DNA of 15,032 nucleotides from a virus (Duplodnaviria; Heunggongvirae; Uroviricota; Caudoviricetes): IMG/VR virus record IMGVR_UViG_2563366979_000002, positions 1 to 15,032 of that record; one strand, 5' to 3'. Shown piece by piece: positions 7,595 to 15,032 of this stretch (position 1 is its first letter; each line of letters starts with the position of its first letter). The notes under the pieces were generated by a model. It saw only the letters and a program-made list of their open reading frames with translations, ran no database searches and was not told where the DNA came from. The position numbers and the translations under genes were made by a program.

Positions 7595-8019
7595 TGGAAC
7601 TGTGGCTGACGGTGAACGGTAAACGCACCTGCGCCAGCGCACCGCTGGATCCGCTGACCCGCGCCGTGGTGATTTCCCTGTTTACCTGGCGGCGGGCGGA
7701 GCCTGATGACAACGCCGACGTCCCGATGGGATGGTGGGGGGATACCTGGCCTGCGGTACAGAATGACCGTTACGGCTCCCGACTGTGGCTGCTTCAGCGC
7801 AGCAAACTGACCAATCAGCTGGTGCAGACGGTAAGGGGGTATATCCGCGAATGCCTGCAATGGATGATTGATGACGGCGTGGTGTCCCGTATTGATCTGG
7901 ATATCCGCCGCACCGGGATTAATGAACTGGGTAACAGTATCACTCTCTGGCGTCGTGACGGACCGGTAATGATTTCTTTTGATGATCTGTGGAGTGCGAT
8001 AACGCATGGCGGACAGTGA
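7591..8019 (+). CDS. Mu gp46-like baseplate protein (GP46 / gpW / gp25-type)
   Basis: 142-aa ORF; ATGA overlap with the upstream gene; conserved order. Confidence 0.7.
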   Translation: MMELWLTVNGKRTCASAPLDPLTRAVVISLFTWRRAEPDDNADVPMGWWGDTWPAVQNDRYGSRLWLLQRSKLTNQLVQTVRGYIRECLQWMIDDGVVSRIDLDIRRTGINELGNSITLWRRDGPVMISFDDLWSAITHGGQ

Positions 8020-9064
8020 ATTTCAGCGCCCGACGCTGGCAGAAAATATCAGTATGCTCCGTAACGATTTATTCGCCAGGCTGGACGTCAGCGACACGCT
8101 CCGGCGCATGGATGAAGACGTGCGGGCAAAGGTGTATGCGGCGGCGCTGCATACGGTTTACGGGTACATCGATTATCTGGCAATGAATATGCTGCCTGAC
8201 CTGTGCGATGAGTCCTGGCTGGCGCGACATGCTGCGATGAAACGGTGTCCGCGCAAGGGGGCCACGGCTGCCAGCGGGTATATGCGCTGGGAAGGTGTCA
8301 GCGATGGCCTGAAGGTGACTGCCGGGAGCGTGATTCAGCGCGATGACCTGGTTCAGTACACGGCAACTGCCGATGCAACCAGCTCCGGTGGTGTCCTGCG
8401 CGTGCCGATCGCCTGCTCAAGTGCAGGCGCGGTCGGTAACGCTGACGACGGTACGTCATTAATCCTGGTCACGCCGGTGAATGGTCTGCCGTCTTCCGGC
8501 GTGGCAGATACCCTGACAGGTGGATTTGATACTGAAGAGCTGGAAACGTGGCGCGCCCGCGTCATTGAGCGGTATTACTGGACGCCTCAGGGCGGGGCTG
8601 ACGGGGACTATGTCGTCTGGGCTAAAGAAGTGCCCGGCATTACCCGCGCATGGACATACCGTCACTGGATGGGAACGGGAACTGTCGGTGTGATGATTGC
8701 CAGCAGTGACCTGATTAATCCCATTCCGGAAGAATCAACGGAAACGGCGGCAAGACAACATATCGGGCCACTGGCCCCGGTGGCAGGCTCTGATTTGTAT
8801 GTATTCAGGCCGGTGGCGCATAAAGTGGATTTTCATATCCGTGTGACGCCGGATACACCGGAAATACGAGCCGCCATCACCGCGGAGTTGCGTTCGTTCC
8901 TGCTGCGTGATGGTTATCCGCAGGGAGAACTGAAGGTGTCACGTATCAGTGAAGCGATTTCCGGTGCGAACGGGGAATACAGCCATCAGTTGCTTGCCCC
9001 GGCGGACAATATCTCCATTGCAAAAAATGAGCTGGCAGTTCTGGGGACGATTTCATGGACGTGA
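8006..9064 (+). CDS. Baseplate J-like protein (Mu gp47-like)
   Basis: 352-aa ORF; overlapping start; conserved order. Confidence 0.8.
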   Translation: MADSEFQRPTLAENISMLRNDLFARLDVSDTLRRMDEDVRAKVYAAALHTVYGYIDYLAMNMLPDLCDESWLARHAAMKRCPRKGATAASGYMRWEGVSDGLKVTAGSVIQRDDLVQYTATADATSSGGVLRVPIACSSAGAVGNADDGTSLILVTPVNGLPSSGVADTLTGGFDTEELETWRARVIERYYWTPQGGADGDYVVWAKEVPGITRAWTYRHWMGTGTVGVMIASSDLINPIPEESTETAARQHIGPLAPVAGSDLYVFRPVAHKVDFHIRVTPDTPEIRAAITAELRSFLLRDGYPQGELKVSRISEAISGANGEYSHQLLAPADNISIAKNELAVLGTISWT

Positions 9065-9639
9065 CAAACGATGATTATATCCGTCTGTTGTCGGCACTGT
9101 TGCCGCCCGGTCCGGCGTGGTCAGTCAGCGATCCGGCGATTGCCGGTGCGGCACCGTCATTAACCCGCGTTCATCAGCGTGCGGATGCCCTGATGCGGGA
9201 GCTGGATCCGCGCACCACCACTGAACTGATAAACCGCTGGGAGCGTCTGTGCGGTCTGCCGGATGAATGTATTCCCGCAGGGACACAGACCCTTCGTCAG
9301 CGTCAGCAACGGCTGGATGCGAAGGTTAACCTGGCGGGCAGCATCAACGAGAATTTTTATCTTGCACAGCTTGCTGCCCTGGGCAGACCAGATGCCAACA
9401 TCACGCGATACGACAAAAGCACGTTCACCTGCTCATCGGCCTGTACTGGCGCGGTGAATGCGCCGGAATGGCGGTATTACTGGCAGGTCAACATGCCAGC
9501 TGCCACCAACACCACCTGGATGACATGTGGCGATCCCTGTGATTCCGCACTGCGTATCTGGGGCGACACCGTTGTCGAGTGTGTGCTTAACAAACTCTGC
9601 CCGTCGCATACCTACGTAATTTTTAAATATCCGGAGTAA
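9055..9639 (+). CDS. Mu gp48-like tail protein (YmfQ / P2 gpI-like)
   Basis: 194-aa ORF; overlapping start; conserved position before the tail fibre gene. Confidence 0.7.
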   Translation: MDVTNDDYIRLLSALLPPGPAWSVSDPAIAGAAPSLTRVHQRADALMRELDPRTTTELINRWERLCGLPDECIPAGTQTLRQRQQRLDAKVNLAGSINENFYLAQLAALGRPDANITRYDKSTFTCSSACTGAVNAPEWRYYWQVNMPAATNTTWMTCGDPCDSALRIWGDTVVECVLNKLCPSHTYVIFKYPE

Positions 9640-9642
9640 TCC

Positions 9643-10575
9643 ATGCATCGTATAGACACGAAAACCGCGCAGAAGGATAAGTTCGGCGCGGGTAAGAACG
9701 GTTTTACCCGTGGTAACCCCCAGACCGGCACACCTGCCACCGATCTGGATGATGACTACTTTGACATGTTGCAGGAAGAACTTTGTAGCGTGGTGGAGGC
9801 CTCCGGTGCCAGCCTGGAGAAGGAGCGGCACGACCAGTTGCTTACCGCGCTTCGTGCGCTGCTGTTAAGCCGCAAGAATCCGTTTGGTGATATCAAATCG
9901 GATGGCACGGTGAAAACGGCTCTCGAAAACCTTGGTTTGGGAGATGGCTCGGGGCGTTACAGCAAAACTGTCGTTTTTTCATCGTCGGGTTCATATACGT
10001 GGCCAGCTGACGTAAAACGAATTGACGTTATTCTGACTGCGGGGGGCGGCGGTGGCGGTGGATGTAACGCGGAGAACGCAAATCAGACATTTTCAGGGGC
10101 TGGCGGAGGAGCCGGAGGTACTGTTTTTGCCACTATTTATGCGACAGACAACGATGCCGGGCCAGGGACCTATACAGTGACAATTGGTAGCGGTGGTAGT
10201 GGTGCCAATGGGCCAGGGTCTGGAAATAATGGCGGTCATAGTTCGTTCATGACATTAACTGCGCTCGGCGGCCAGGGTGGGCAATGGGGCGGCGCTACAA
10301 ATACCGCTGGCGGGCTCGGTGGTTCAGGCTCTGGCGGTTATAAAACTGAACAAGGCGGAGACGGTTCAGACGGACAGGCGGGCCAGGCGCTATTAGTAGG
10401 CAATGGGGCATCGAGCTATTGGGGTGGCGGCGGCCGCGCTGGGCAACTGAGCGGTAATCCTGGAGTTTGCTCTGGCTCCGGCGGCGGGGGTGCATACGAT
10501 AATAGCTATTCACACACGTCAGGACGTGGCGGGCACGGAGCTAATGGCGTGCTGGTAATTCGGGAGTACATGTAA
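9643..10575 (+). CDS. Tail fibre protein: conserved N-terminal anchor domain plus an extremely glycine-rich C-terminal domain
   Basis: 310-aa ORF with SD GGAG 7 nt upstream; N-terminus [47 protein letters not shown] resembles the tail-fibre N-terminal domain; C-terminal ~190 aa are Gly-rich ([26 protein letters not shown]). Confidence 0.75.
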   Translation: MHRIDTKTAQKDKFGAGKNGFTRGNPQTGTPATDLDDDYFDMLQEELCSVVEASGASLEKERHDQLLTALRALLLSRKNPFGDIKSDGTVKTALENLGLGDGSGRYSKTVVFSSSGSYTWPADVKRIDVILTAGGGGGGGCNAENANQTFSGAGGGAGGTVFATIYATDNDAGPGTYTVTIGSGGSGANGPGSGNNGGHSSFMTLTALGGQGGQWGGATNTAGGLGGSGSGGYKTEQGGDGSDGQAGQALLVGNGASSYWGGGGRAGQLSGNPGVCSGSGGGGAYDNSYSHTSGRGGHGANGVLVIREYM

Positions 10576-10980
10576 ATGAATGATGTTTATGCAGTTGTTG
10601 ATAATAACGTTGTTATTAATGTCATTATCTGGGACGGAATTTCTGAATGGAAACCAGAGGCTGGTAATTTAGTTCCGTTAAACGGCGATGCTGGCATCGG
10701 TTGGTCATATTCAGACGGAGTATTTACCGCGCCACCTCCCCCAGAACGCTCTCACAACGCGTTAGTTGCGGAGGCTGAGCTGCAGAAATCAGCACTACTG
10801 ACCGTAGCAAATAACGCAATAGCACCGCTGCAGGATGCCGTTGATTTGGAAATGGCGACAGACGATGAACAGACGTTACTGCTGGCGTGGAAAAAATACA
10901 GGGTACTGCTGAACCGTGTTGATACCTCAGCGGCACCCGAAATAGAGTGGCCTACGCAACCGGGGGAGCGGGCCAGTTGA
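10576..10980 (+). CDS. Tail fibre assembly protein (Tfa)
   Basis: 134-aa ORF; C-terminus [45 protein letters not shown] matches the conserved C-terminal domain of lambda Tfa as I recall it. Confidence 0.8.
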   Translation: MNDVYAVVDNNVVINVIIWDGISEWKPEAGNLVPLNGDAGIGWSYSDGVFTAPPPPERSHNALVAEAELQKSALLTVANNAIAPLQDAVDLEMATDDEQTLLLAWKKYRVLLNRVDTSAAPEIEWPTQPGERAS

Positions 10981-11101
10981 TATCAGGCGCAGGGGCAGCA
11001 TCAACTGCTGTCACTGCGTCGATGTAGTCGAGTACCGCATTCAGCCGCCTTTTTTCATCATCAGTCAGTTTGCGGCCTACACCTCTCCGTTGACATCTTT
11101 G
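10952..11101 (-). pseudogene. Remnant of a second, oppositely oriented tail fibre assembly gene (tfa'), 3' end only
   Basis: Minus-strand frame translates to ...[38 protein letters not shown]-stop, aligning with the Tfa C-terminal motif (DE--L-A---Y---L--VD---AP-I-WP); no start codon, in-frame stop at 11102-11104; overlaps the 3' end of the plus-strand tfa by ~29 nt. Confidence 0.55.
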
Positions 11102-11324
11102 TTATATGGTACAACTGCGCAGAGGCCTGTCTCTCCAATTGTGCCAGTTGAATACTACGATACAACGCTAGGTCTTCCAATATGGTATAACGTCACAGCA
11201 TCATCATGGCAGAGAGCAGATGGTACTAATACTTAGACTTTAAATTTATTTTCGTTTATTAATCATTGAAGTAAAACAAATTATTAGGCGAAAATGTAGC
11301 GAATTTATGTACTTATACATGTTA

Positions 11325-11365
11325 CCCTGAAGGAGAATTCTTTTAATAAACCTTCTCCTTCAGGG
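11325..11365. terminator. Perfect 13-bp-stem hairpin (CCCTGAAGGAGAA, 15-nt loop, TTCTCCTTCAGGG) between the tail module and the gtr operon
   Basis: Exact reverse-complement arms at 11325-11337 and 11353-11365; followed on the plus strand by GCAAATAATTATTTG; no clean U-tract on the minus strand. Confidence 0.35.
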
Positions 11366-11373
11366 GCAAATAA

Positions 11374-12831
11374 TTATTTGACGTAAATGTGGTTTCTGTA
11401 TTTGACAAAAATCACATCACACACGCTTTCAATATCTTCAGGTTGACCATAAATTTTCTTCACAATATTCAATTGTTCTTTATTCTCAAGAATAAAGAAA
11501 TTATTTCCTTTGTTATACCATTCGCTATTTGTAAGCCAGTTATCTCTTTTTATTTCATTGTTATTAAAAAGTATATTTGCTATTTTTATGTCTCCATTCA
11601 CACCAACAGAGTTAGTAAATGTGAAAGGGGCATATCCATAATTTGCTTTGTGCTCGTTGATTTTTTCTCTAATACATGACATCTGATTGTATCTATTATC
11701 AGTGGAGCCATTAATATTTATTGTTTTAATTCCTGATATTATACCCAAAAAAGCTATTAATAAAATAATGCTTTTTTTATTAAATTTAGATCTTGACAAA
11801 AGAATTACTGCCATAATGAAGACGGGAACAAGGTATCTTATTGTCCATATATTTCTTGGGAGGTTACTACCAATATAAGCAGATGTCATGATTAAAATAG
11901 ACAATGACAAACATATATCAATAACGCTTCTGTTTTTAAAAAGATTTCTGAAAGTGAAGTAAATTAATGCAACAACACCAGCAAAGCGTATTGCTTTAGA
12001 TAATAGATGCAGTGATGGTGTTATTTGCTCACCAAATATGTTTGCATTAAAAAACAATAAAGTTCCGCTTACTGCAGTATTTATATTAACTAAAATATTG
12101 TCATACTCAACAATCTTTACATCTGTTAGTCCTGGCAATGTAAAGCTTCCAAGGTTTAAAAACAAAAAACCGATCGCCTTGGAAATTAAATATGAAGAAA
12201 ACAATCCAGCCATTATAATAAGGTATTTCTTTTTTCTTTCCTTGTGCAACAAAAATATTGCTGCTAATGTTAGCGGTGCAACGTATATATAGACTGAGAT
12301 ATTATCGCTAAAAATAGCCATAGAGGATAGTATGGTTGAAAAGTATACAAATAATATATTTTCTGTTTTAATATACTTTTCTGTAAATATTAAGCATCCA
12401 ATGATAAATATGTATGTACCCATGTGAATGCACGCTGAAAGCATTGATGTAACAGCCATGTCAGCAGGGAAAACAAAGTAGAATATAATTAGCGCTAATG
12501 CTAATGATTTATTTGTAGACAGCCTGTATATCAAAAATATCACAGTAGCATACATCGCTGGTGGTATTATATATGCAAGCTCACTGCTGTAGCCAAATAA
12601 TATAGAGGCGATCGCATAAAAAGATACTTCTGTAAAGTAAAAAGGAACCGTGGATAGCATCCATCCATGAAGTAAGTAATTACCTTCTGACATATCCTTA
12701 CCAAGCAAAAGCACTGTTGCCGCATCTGTATTTGGTGGGAATATGTTTAAGCTGGCAAAGTGATATAGCATAAACAATGACGCAAATAATAAAATCACGA
12801 ATATAAATTTAATTTGTTTTTTGAAAATCAT
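11374..12831 (-). CDS. Serotype-specific O-antigen glucosyltransferase (GtrC-type), polytopic membrane protein
   Basis: 485-aa ORF, very hydrophobic with many predicted TM segments; strongly AT-rich; sits directly downstream of gtrA-gtrB with a TAATG stop/start overlap, the canonical position of the type-specific gtr gene. Confidence 0.75.
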   Translation of the reverse strand: MIFKKQIKFIFVILLFASLFMLYHFASLNIFPPNTDAATVLLLGKDMSEGNYLLHGWMLSTVPFYFTEVSFYAIASILFGYSSELAYIIPPAMYATVIFLIYRLSTNKSLALALIIFYFVFPADMAVTSMLSACIHMGTYIFIIGCLIFTEKYIKTENILFVYFSTILSSMAIFSDNISVYIYVAPLTLAAIFLLHKERKKKYLIIMAGLFSSYLISKAIGFLFLNLGSFTLPGLTDVKIVEYDNILVNINTAVSGTLLFFNANIFGEQITPSLHLLSKAIRFAGVVALIYFTFRNLFKNRSVIDICLSLSILIMTSAYIGSNLPRNIWTIRYLVPVFIMAVILLSRSKFNKKSIILLIAFLGIISGIKTININGSTDNRYNQMSCIREKINEHKANYGYAPFTFTNSVGVNGDIKIANILFNNNEIKRDNWLTNSEWYNKGNNFFILENKEQLNIVKKIYGQPEDIESVCDVIFVKYRNHIYVK

Positions 12832-13748
12832 TATTTATTACCCTTTAATATATACTTTGGACGCTGCTTAACCTCAACGTAGATACGCCCTATGTACTCA
12901 CCTAGCACTCCAATCCCAATTAACTGGATGCCGCCAAGAAATAATATTGATACAAGAATTGAAGGGTATCCAGGTACATTATTACCAAAAATTAATTTAT
13001 CAATTATCATCCATGAACCGTATGTAAATGATATACATGCAATAAATAACCCAATATAGGTCCACATGCGAAGCGGGAATGTTGAGAAGCTAGTGATCCC
13101 TTCCAGCGCCAAGTTCCATAGCTTCCATCCATTGAACTTTGTGCTTCCTGCAACGCGTTCTGCTCGCGCATATTCTACGACATCGGTTCGACCACCAACC
13201 CAGCTCAGCACACCCTTCATAAACAGGTTTCGTTCTGGCATGAGCTTAATATTTTCTACTACTTCGCGAGACATGAGCCGGAAGTCGCCAACATTCTCTT
13301 CTATCTGAGGGTTGCTGATTTTGTTATGAAGTTTATAGAACCACTCAGCAGATTTACGCTTCAGCCTGCTGTCAGTGGAGCGGTCAGAGCGTTTAGCCAG
13401 AACCATATCTGCACCGGCCTGCCATTTCTCTATCAAGTGAGGAATAACTTCGATAGGGTCTTGCAGATCAACGTCAATCGGGATAATTGCCTCCCCGGTA
13501 GCATGGTCCAGACCTGCGAACAGGGCGGGTTCTTTGCCGAAGTTACGTGTGAACGACAGCGAAACCACAAGCGGGTCGGCAACAGCGAGCTCGTTGATTA
13601 TTGATTCTGTAGCGTCTTTGCTGCCATCGTTTATGAAGACTATCTCGACTTCATGCTGCTGAAGCCCTTCAAATTCGCGCACAGTTTTATAAAAAATAGG
13701 TATCGTGGCCTCTTCGTTAAAGACCGGAACGACTAAAGAAATTTTCAT
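12831..13748 (-). CDS. gtrB: Bactoprenol glucosyltransferase GtrB (GT2 family)
   Basis: 305-aa ORF; N-terminal GT2 motifs ([24 protein letters not shown]) and two C-terminal TM helices, typical of GtrB/YfdH. Confidence 0.9.
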   Translation of the reverse strand: MKISLVVPVFNEEATIPIFYKTVREFEGLQQHEVEIVFINDGSKDATESIINELAVADPLVVSLSFTRNFGKEPALFAGLDHATGEAIIPIDVDLQDPIEVIPHLIEKWQAGADMVLAKRSDRSTDSRLKRKSAEWFYKLHNKISNPQIEENVGDFRLMSREVVENIKLMPERNLFMKGVLSWVGGRTDVVEYARAERVAGSTKFNGWKLWNLALEGITSFSTFPLRMWTYIGLFIACISFTYGSWMIIDKLIFGNNVPGYPSILVSILFLGGIQLIGIGVLGEYIGRIYVEVKQRPKYILKGNK

Positions 13749-14107
13749 TTCGCATCCCTAAAGACAATGAACTTTGAATAGACGAAACCGCACACCAGGC
13801 TGATGGCGGAGAAGGTGACAAGAGTTATCATCGGGGGAAGTGCGCATCTATCAGCAGCCCATCCAACAGTAGCACTGAGTGTTCCCATGAACCCGACATA
13901 TAACATGTAGCGCATCGTTGTAGTTGATGCTTTGAATGTGAATTTTGCATTCGCGAAGAAGCTAAAACTCACAGCCACAACGAAACCTGCGAAGTTTGCC
14001 AGAGCCTGATTGGTATGCGCGGCATAGATACATACACCAAAAACCACCCAGTGTATAAGTGTGTTCAGCACACCAATCGAGGTGTACCTTGCAAATATAT
14101 TTAACAT
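13745..14107 (-). CDS. gtrA: GtrA flippase (bactoprenol-linked glucose translocase)
   Basis: 120-aa ORF with four hydrophobic segments; ATGA overlap with gtrB; GtrA-like size and arrangement. Confidence 0.88.
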   Translation of the reverse strand: MLNIFARYTSIGVLNTLIHWVVFGVCIYAAHTNQALANFAGFVVAVSFSFFANAKFTFKASTTTMRYMLYVGFMGTLSATVGWAADRCALPPMITLVTFSAISLVCGFVYSKFIVFRDAK

Positions 14108-14260
14108 TTATTTAATCAATGAGTTCTGAAAGGTATGAAGTCTATCATCCAAGTCTCAATCGATCGATACTTGCGGTAGTTGATGAGGAAAACTCTGGTA
14201 CACAAAGCTTTGCACTGGACTGCAAGGTGTTGTGCTTCTCTGGAGTGCGATATGTTTGAT
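14108..14260 (-). promoter_or_regulatory. Probable gtr operon promoter region (between the tI hairpin and the gtrA start)
   Basis: Only available non-coding space upstream of gtrA; no individual promoter hexamers confidently assigned. Confidence 0.3.
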
Positions 14261-14304
14261 GACAAAAAATTAGCGCAATAGGACAAAAAATCACCTTGCG
14301 CTAA
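14261..14304 (-). terminator. Lambda tI / sib-like intrinsic terminator
   Basis: Minus strand reads TTAGCGCAAGGTGATTTTTTGTCCTATTGCGCTAA followed by TTTTTTGTC: 9-bp stem plus U-tract; closely matches the lambda tI hairpin as I recall it, with a few substitutions. Confidence 0.65.
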
Positions 14305-14450
14305 TGCTCTGTCTCAGGTCACTAATACCATCTAAGTAGTTGATTCATAGTGACTGGATATGTTGTGTTTTGTAGTATCATGCAGTCTATTTTTTAGACT
14401 AAATGTATTTTAACACATTGATATTATTGGCTTTTGCTGTTTCGCGTTCA
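14305..14450. promoter_or_regulatory. attR P arm with Int arm-type sites P1 (~14316-14326, AGGTCACTAAT) and P2 (~14346-14357, CATAGTGACTGG)
   Basis: Recognisable lambda P-arm sequence (CAGGTCACTAATACCATCTAAGTAGTTGATTCATAGTGACTGG...); the core-proximal part appears diverged from the lambda sequence I recall. Confidence 0.75.
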
Positions 14451-14465
14451 GCTTTTTTATACTAA
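14451..14465. repeat. attR core GCTTTTTTATACTAA followed by B' arm (CTTGAGCGAAACGGG...)
   Basis: Exact copy of the 15-mer at 1331-1345; flanking sequence matches attB B' arm. Confidence 0.9.
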
Positions 14466-14524
14466 CTTGAGCGAAACGGGAAGGTAAAAAGACAAAAAGT
14501 TGTTTTTAATACCTTTAAGTGATA

Positions 14525-14547
14525 CCAGATGGCATAGCGCCATCTGG
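14525..14547 (-). terminator. Hairpin CCAGATGGC atagc GCCATCTGG downstream of ybhB
   Basis: Perfect 9-bp stem with 5-nt loop 9 nt after the ybhB stop; no adjacent U-tract, so function uncertain. Confidence 0.3.
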
Positions 14548-14555
14548 CAGAGTGA

Positions 14556-15032
14556 TTAACTAAACATCGCAGTAATCGAGGCGCTTGCCAGAGAATGGAA
14601 ATGGACGTTAAACCCGACCATCGCGCCGCTGGCACCTTCATCGACATCAATACGTTCTACATCCAGCGCGTGAACGGTAAAAATGTAGCGATGGGTTTCG
14701 CCTTTCGGCGGCGCTGCACCATCGTACCCGGTTTTACCAAAGTCGGTACGCGTCTGCAAAACGCCGTCTGGCATTGCTACCAGACCAGAGCCAAACCCTT
14801 GCGGTAATACGCGGGTATCAGCGGGTAAATTAACAACTACCCAGTGCCACCAGCCGGAGCCGGTTGGCGCATCCGGGTCGTAGCAGGTGACAACAAAACT
14901 TTTCGTTCCCGCAGGAACATCATCCCACGCCAGATGCGGTGAAACATTATCGCCATCGTAACCCATGCCGTTAAAGACATGACGATGTGGCAACTTATCG
15001 CCATCGCGCAGATCATTACTGATGAGTTTCAT
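14556..15032 (-). CDS. ybhB: YbhB, PEBP-family (kinase-inhibitor-like) protein; complete, start codon at the window end
   Basis: 158-aa ORF MKLISNDLRDGDKLPHRHVFNGMGYDGDNVSPHLAWDDVPAGTKSF...; recognised as the gene flanking attB-lambda on the bio side. Confidence 0.88.
   Translation of the reverse strand: MKLISNDLRDGDKLPHRHVFNGMGYDGDNVSPHLAWDDVPAGTKSFVVTCYDPDAPTGSGWWHWVVVNLPADTRVLPQGFGSGLVAMPDGVLQTRTDFGKTGYDGAAPPKGETHRYIFTVHALDVERIDVDEGASGAMVGFNVHFHSLASASITAMFS

Larger units (their letters stand above)
1331..14465. mobile_element. Defective mosaic lambdoid prophage integrated at attB-lambda (core to core, ~13.1 kb)
   Basis: Identical 15-bp lambda att core at both ends; B-O-P' arrangement on left, P-O-B' on right; int/xis adjacent to left end; phage tail and gtr genes inside; host genes ybhC/ybhB outside. 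Confidence 0.9.

Noticed and set aside
5013-8665. Multiple minus-strand and alternative-frame ORFs within the baseplate genes (e.g. 5322-5819, 6138-6476, 6427-6678, 7549-8007, 8353-8665)
   Set aside because: GC-rich coding DNA generates long spurious ORFs; all are antisense or out of frame to a translationally coupled, syntenic gene series.
9870-9900. Possible Hin/Gin-type crossover site inside the tail-fibre gene (CCGTTTGGTGATATCAAATCGG)
   Set aside because: Only ~7 of 11 positions are symmetric and it lacks the AAACC/GGTTT half-site signature I recall for gix/hix sites; not convincing without a proper profile search.
9263-10936. ORFs 9263-9457(+), 9433-9831(-), 10295-10513(-), 10724-10936(-)
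   Set aside because: They overlap the gp48-like, tail-fibre and tfa genes; no independent support.
11103-11190. Direct repeat of ATATGGTA (11104-11111 and 11180-11187)
   Set aside because: An 8-mer repeat 76 bp apart can occur by chance; no flanking structure suggesting an IS end or recombination site.
11389-13604. Plus-strand ORFs (11389-11679, 11687-11878, 12038-12292, 13066-13308, 13326-13604) inside the gtr genes
   Set aside because: Antisense to intact, well-supported membrane-protein and GT2 genes; the AT-rich ones are low-complexity.
14108-14260. Dam/OxyR-type phase-variation switch upstream of gtrA
   Set aside because: Known gtr phase-variable promoters carry several appropriately spaced GATC sites; I find only one GATC (14162-14165), so the sequence does not support this.
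14462-14807. ORFs 14462-14650(-) and 14595-14807(+)
   Set aside because: They overlap attR/B' arm or run antisense to ybhB; spurious.
1-15032. CRISPR arrays, tRNA/rRNA genes, recognisable defence systems (restriction-modification, toxin-antitoxin pairs, abortive infection, retrons)
   Set aside because: No spaced direct repeats, no cloverleaf-like tRNA candidates, and no ORFs with nuclease, methylase, ATPase or reverse-transcriptase motifs were seen; the only exclusion-type function present is the gtr operon.

Overview
This window is the E. coli lambda attachment locus (ybhC on the left, ybhB on the right, both on the minus strand) occupied by a ~13.1-kb defective, mosaic lambdoid prophage. 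The prophage is bounded by a perfect 15-bp direct repeat of the lambda att core GCTTTTTTATACTAA (1331-1345 and 14451-14465). Left module (minus strand): lambda-type int (intact, 356 aa), xis carrying an apparent 1-bp deletion/frameshift, a 55-codon lambda-like small ORF, a PerC-like regulator flanked by AT-rich DNA, a 29-codon hydrophobic peptide gene and a DUF551 gene. Central module (plus strand): a Mu/e14-like baseplate and tail-fibre cluster (DNA-circulation protein lacking its 5' end, gp44/45/46/47/48-like genes, a glycine-rich tail fibre, Tfa) followed by a convergent remnant of a second tfa gene. Right module (minus strand): a gtrA-gtrB-gtr(type-specific) O-antigen glucosylation operon, then a lambda-like sib/tI hairpin and the P arm of attR. 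No head, lysis, replication, immunity, tail sheath/tube or invertase genes are present. I did not find a CRISPR array, tRNA/rRNA, or a recognisable defence system; the most novel-looking material is the accessory cargo (PerC-like gene with palindromic operator, the small hydrophobic peptide, the gtr operon) and the decay signatures (xis frameshift, deletion junction, tfa' remnant). All family assignments are from motif recognition and memory, not from searches.
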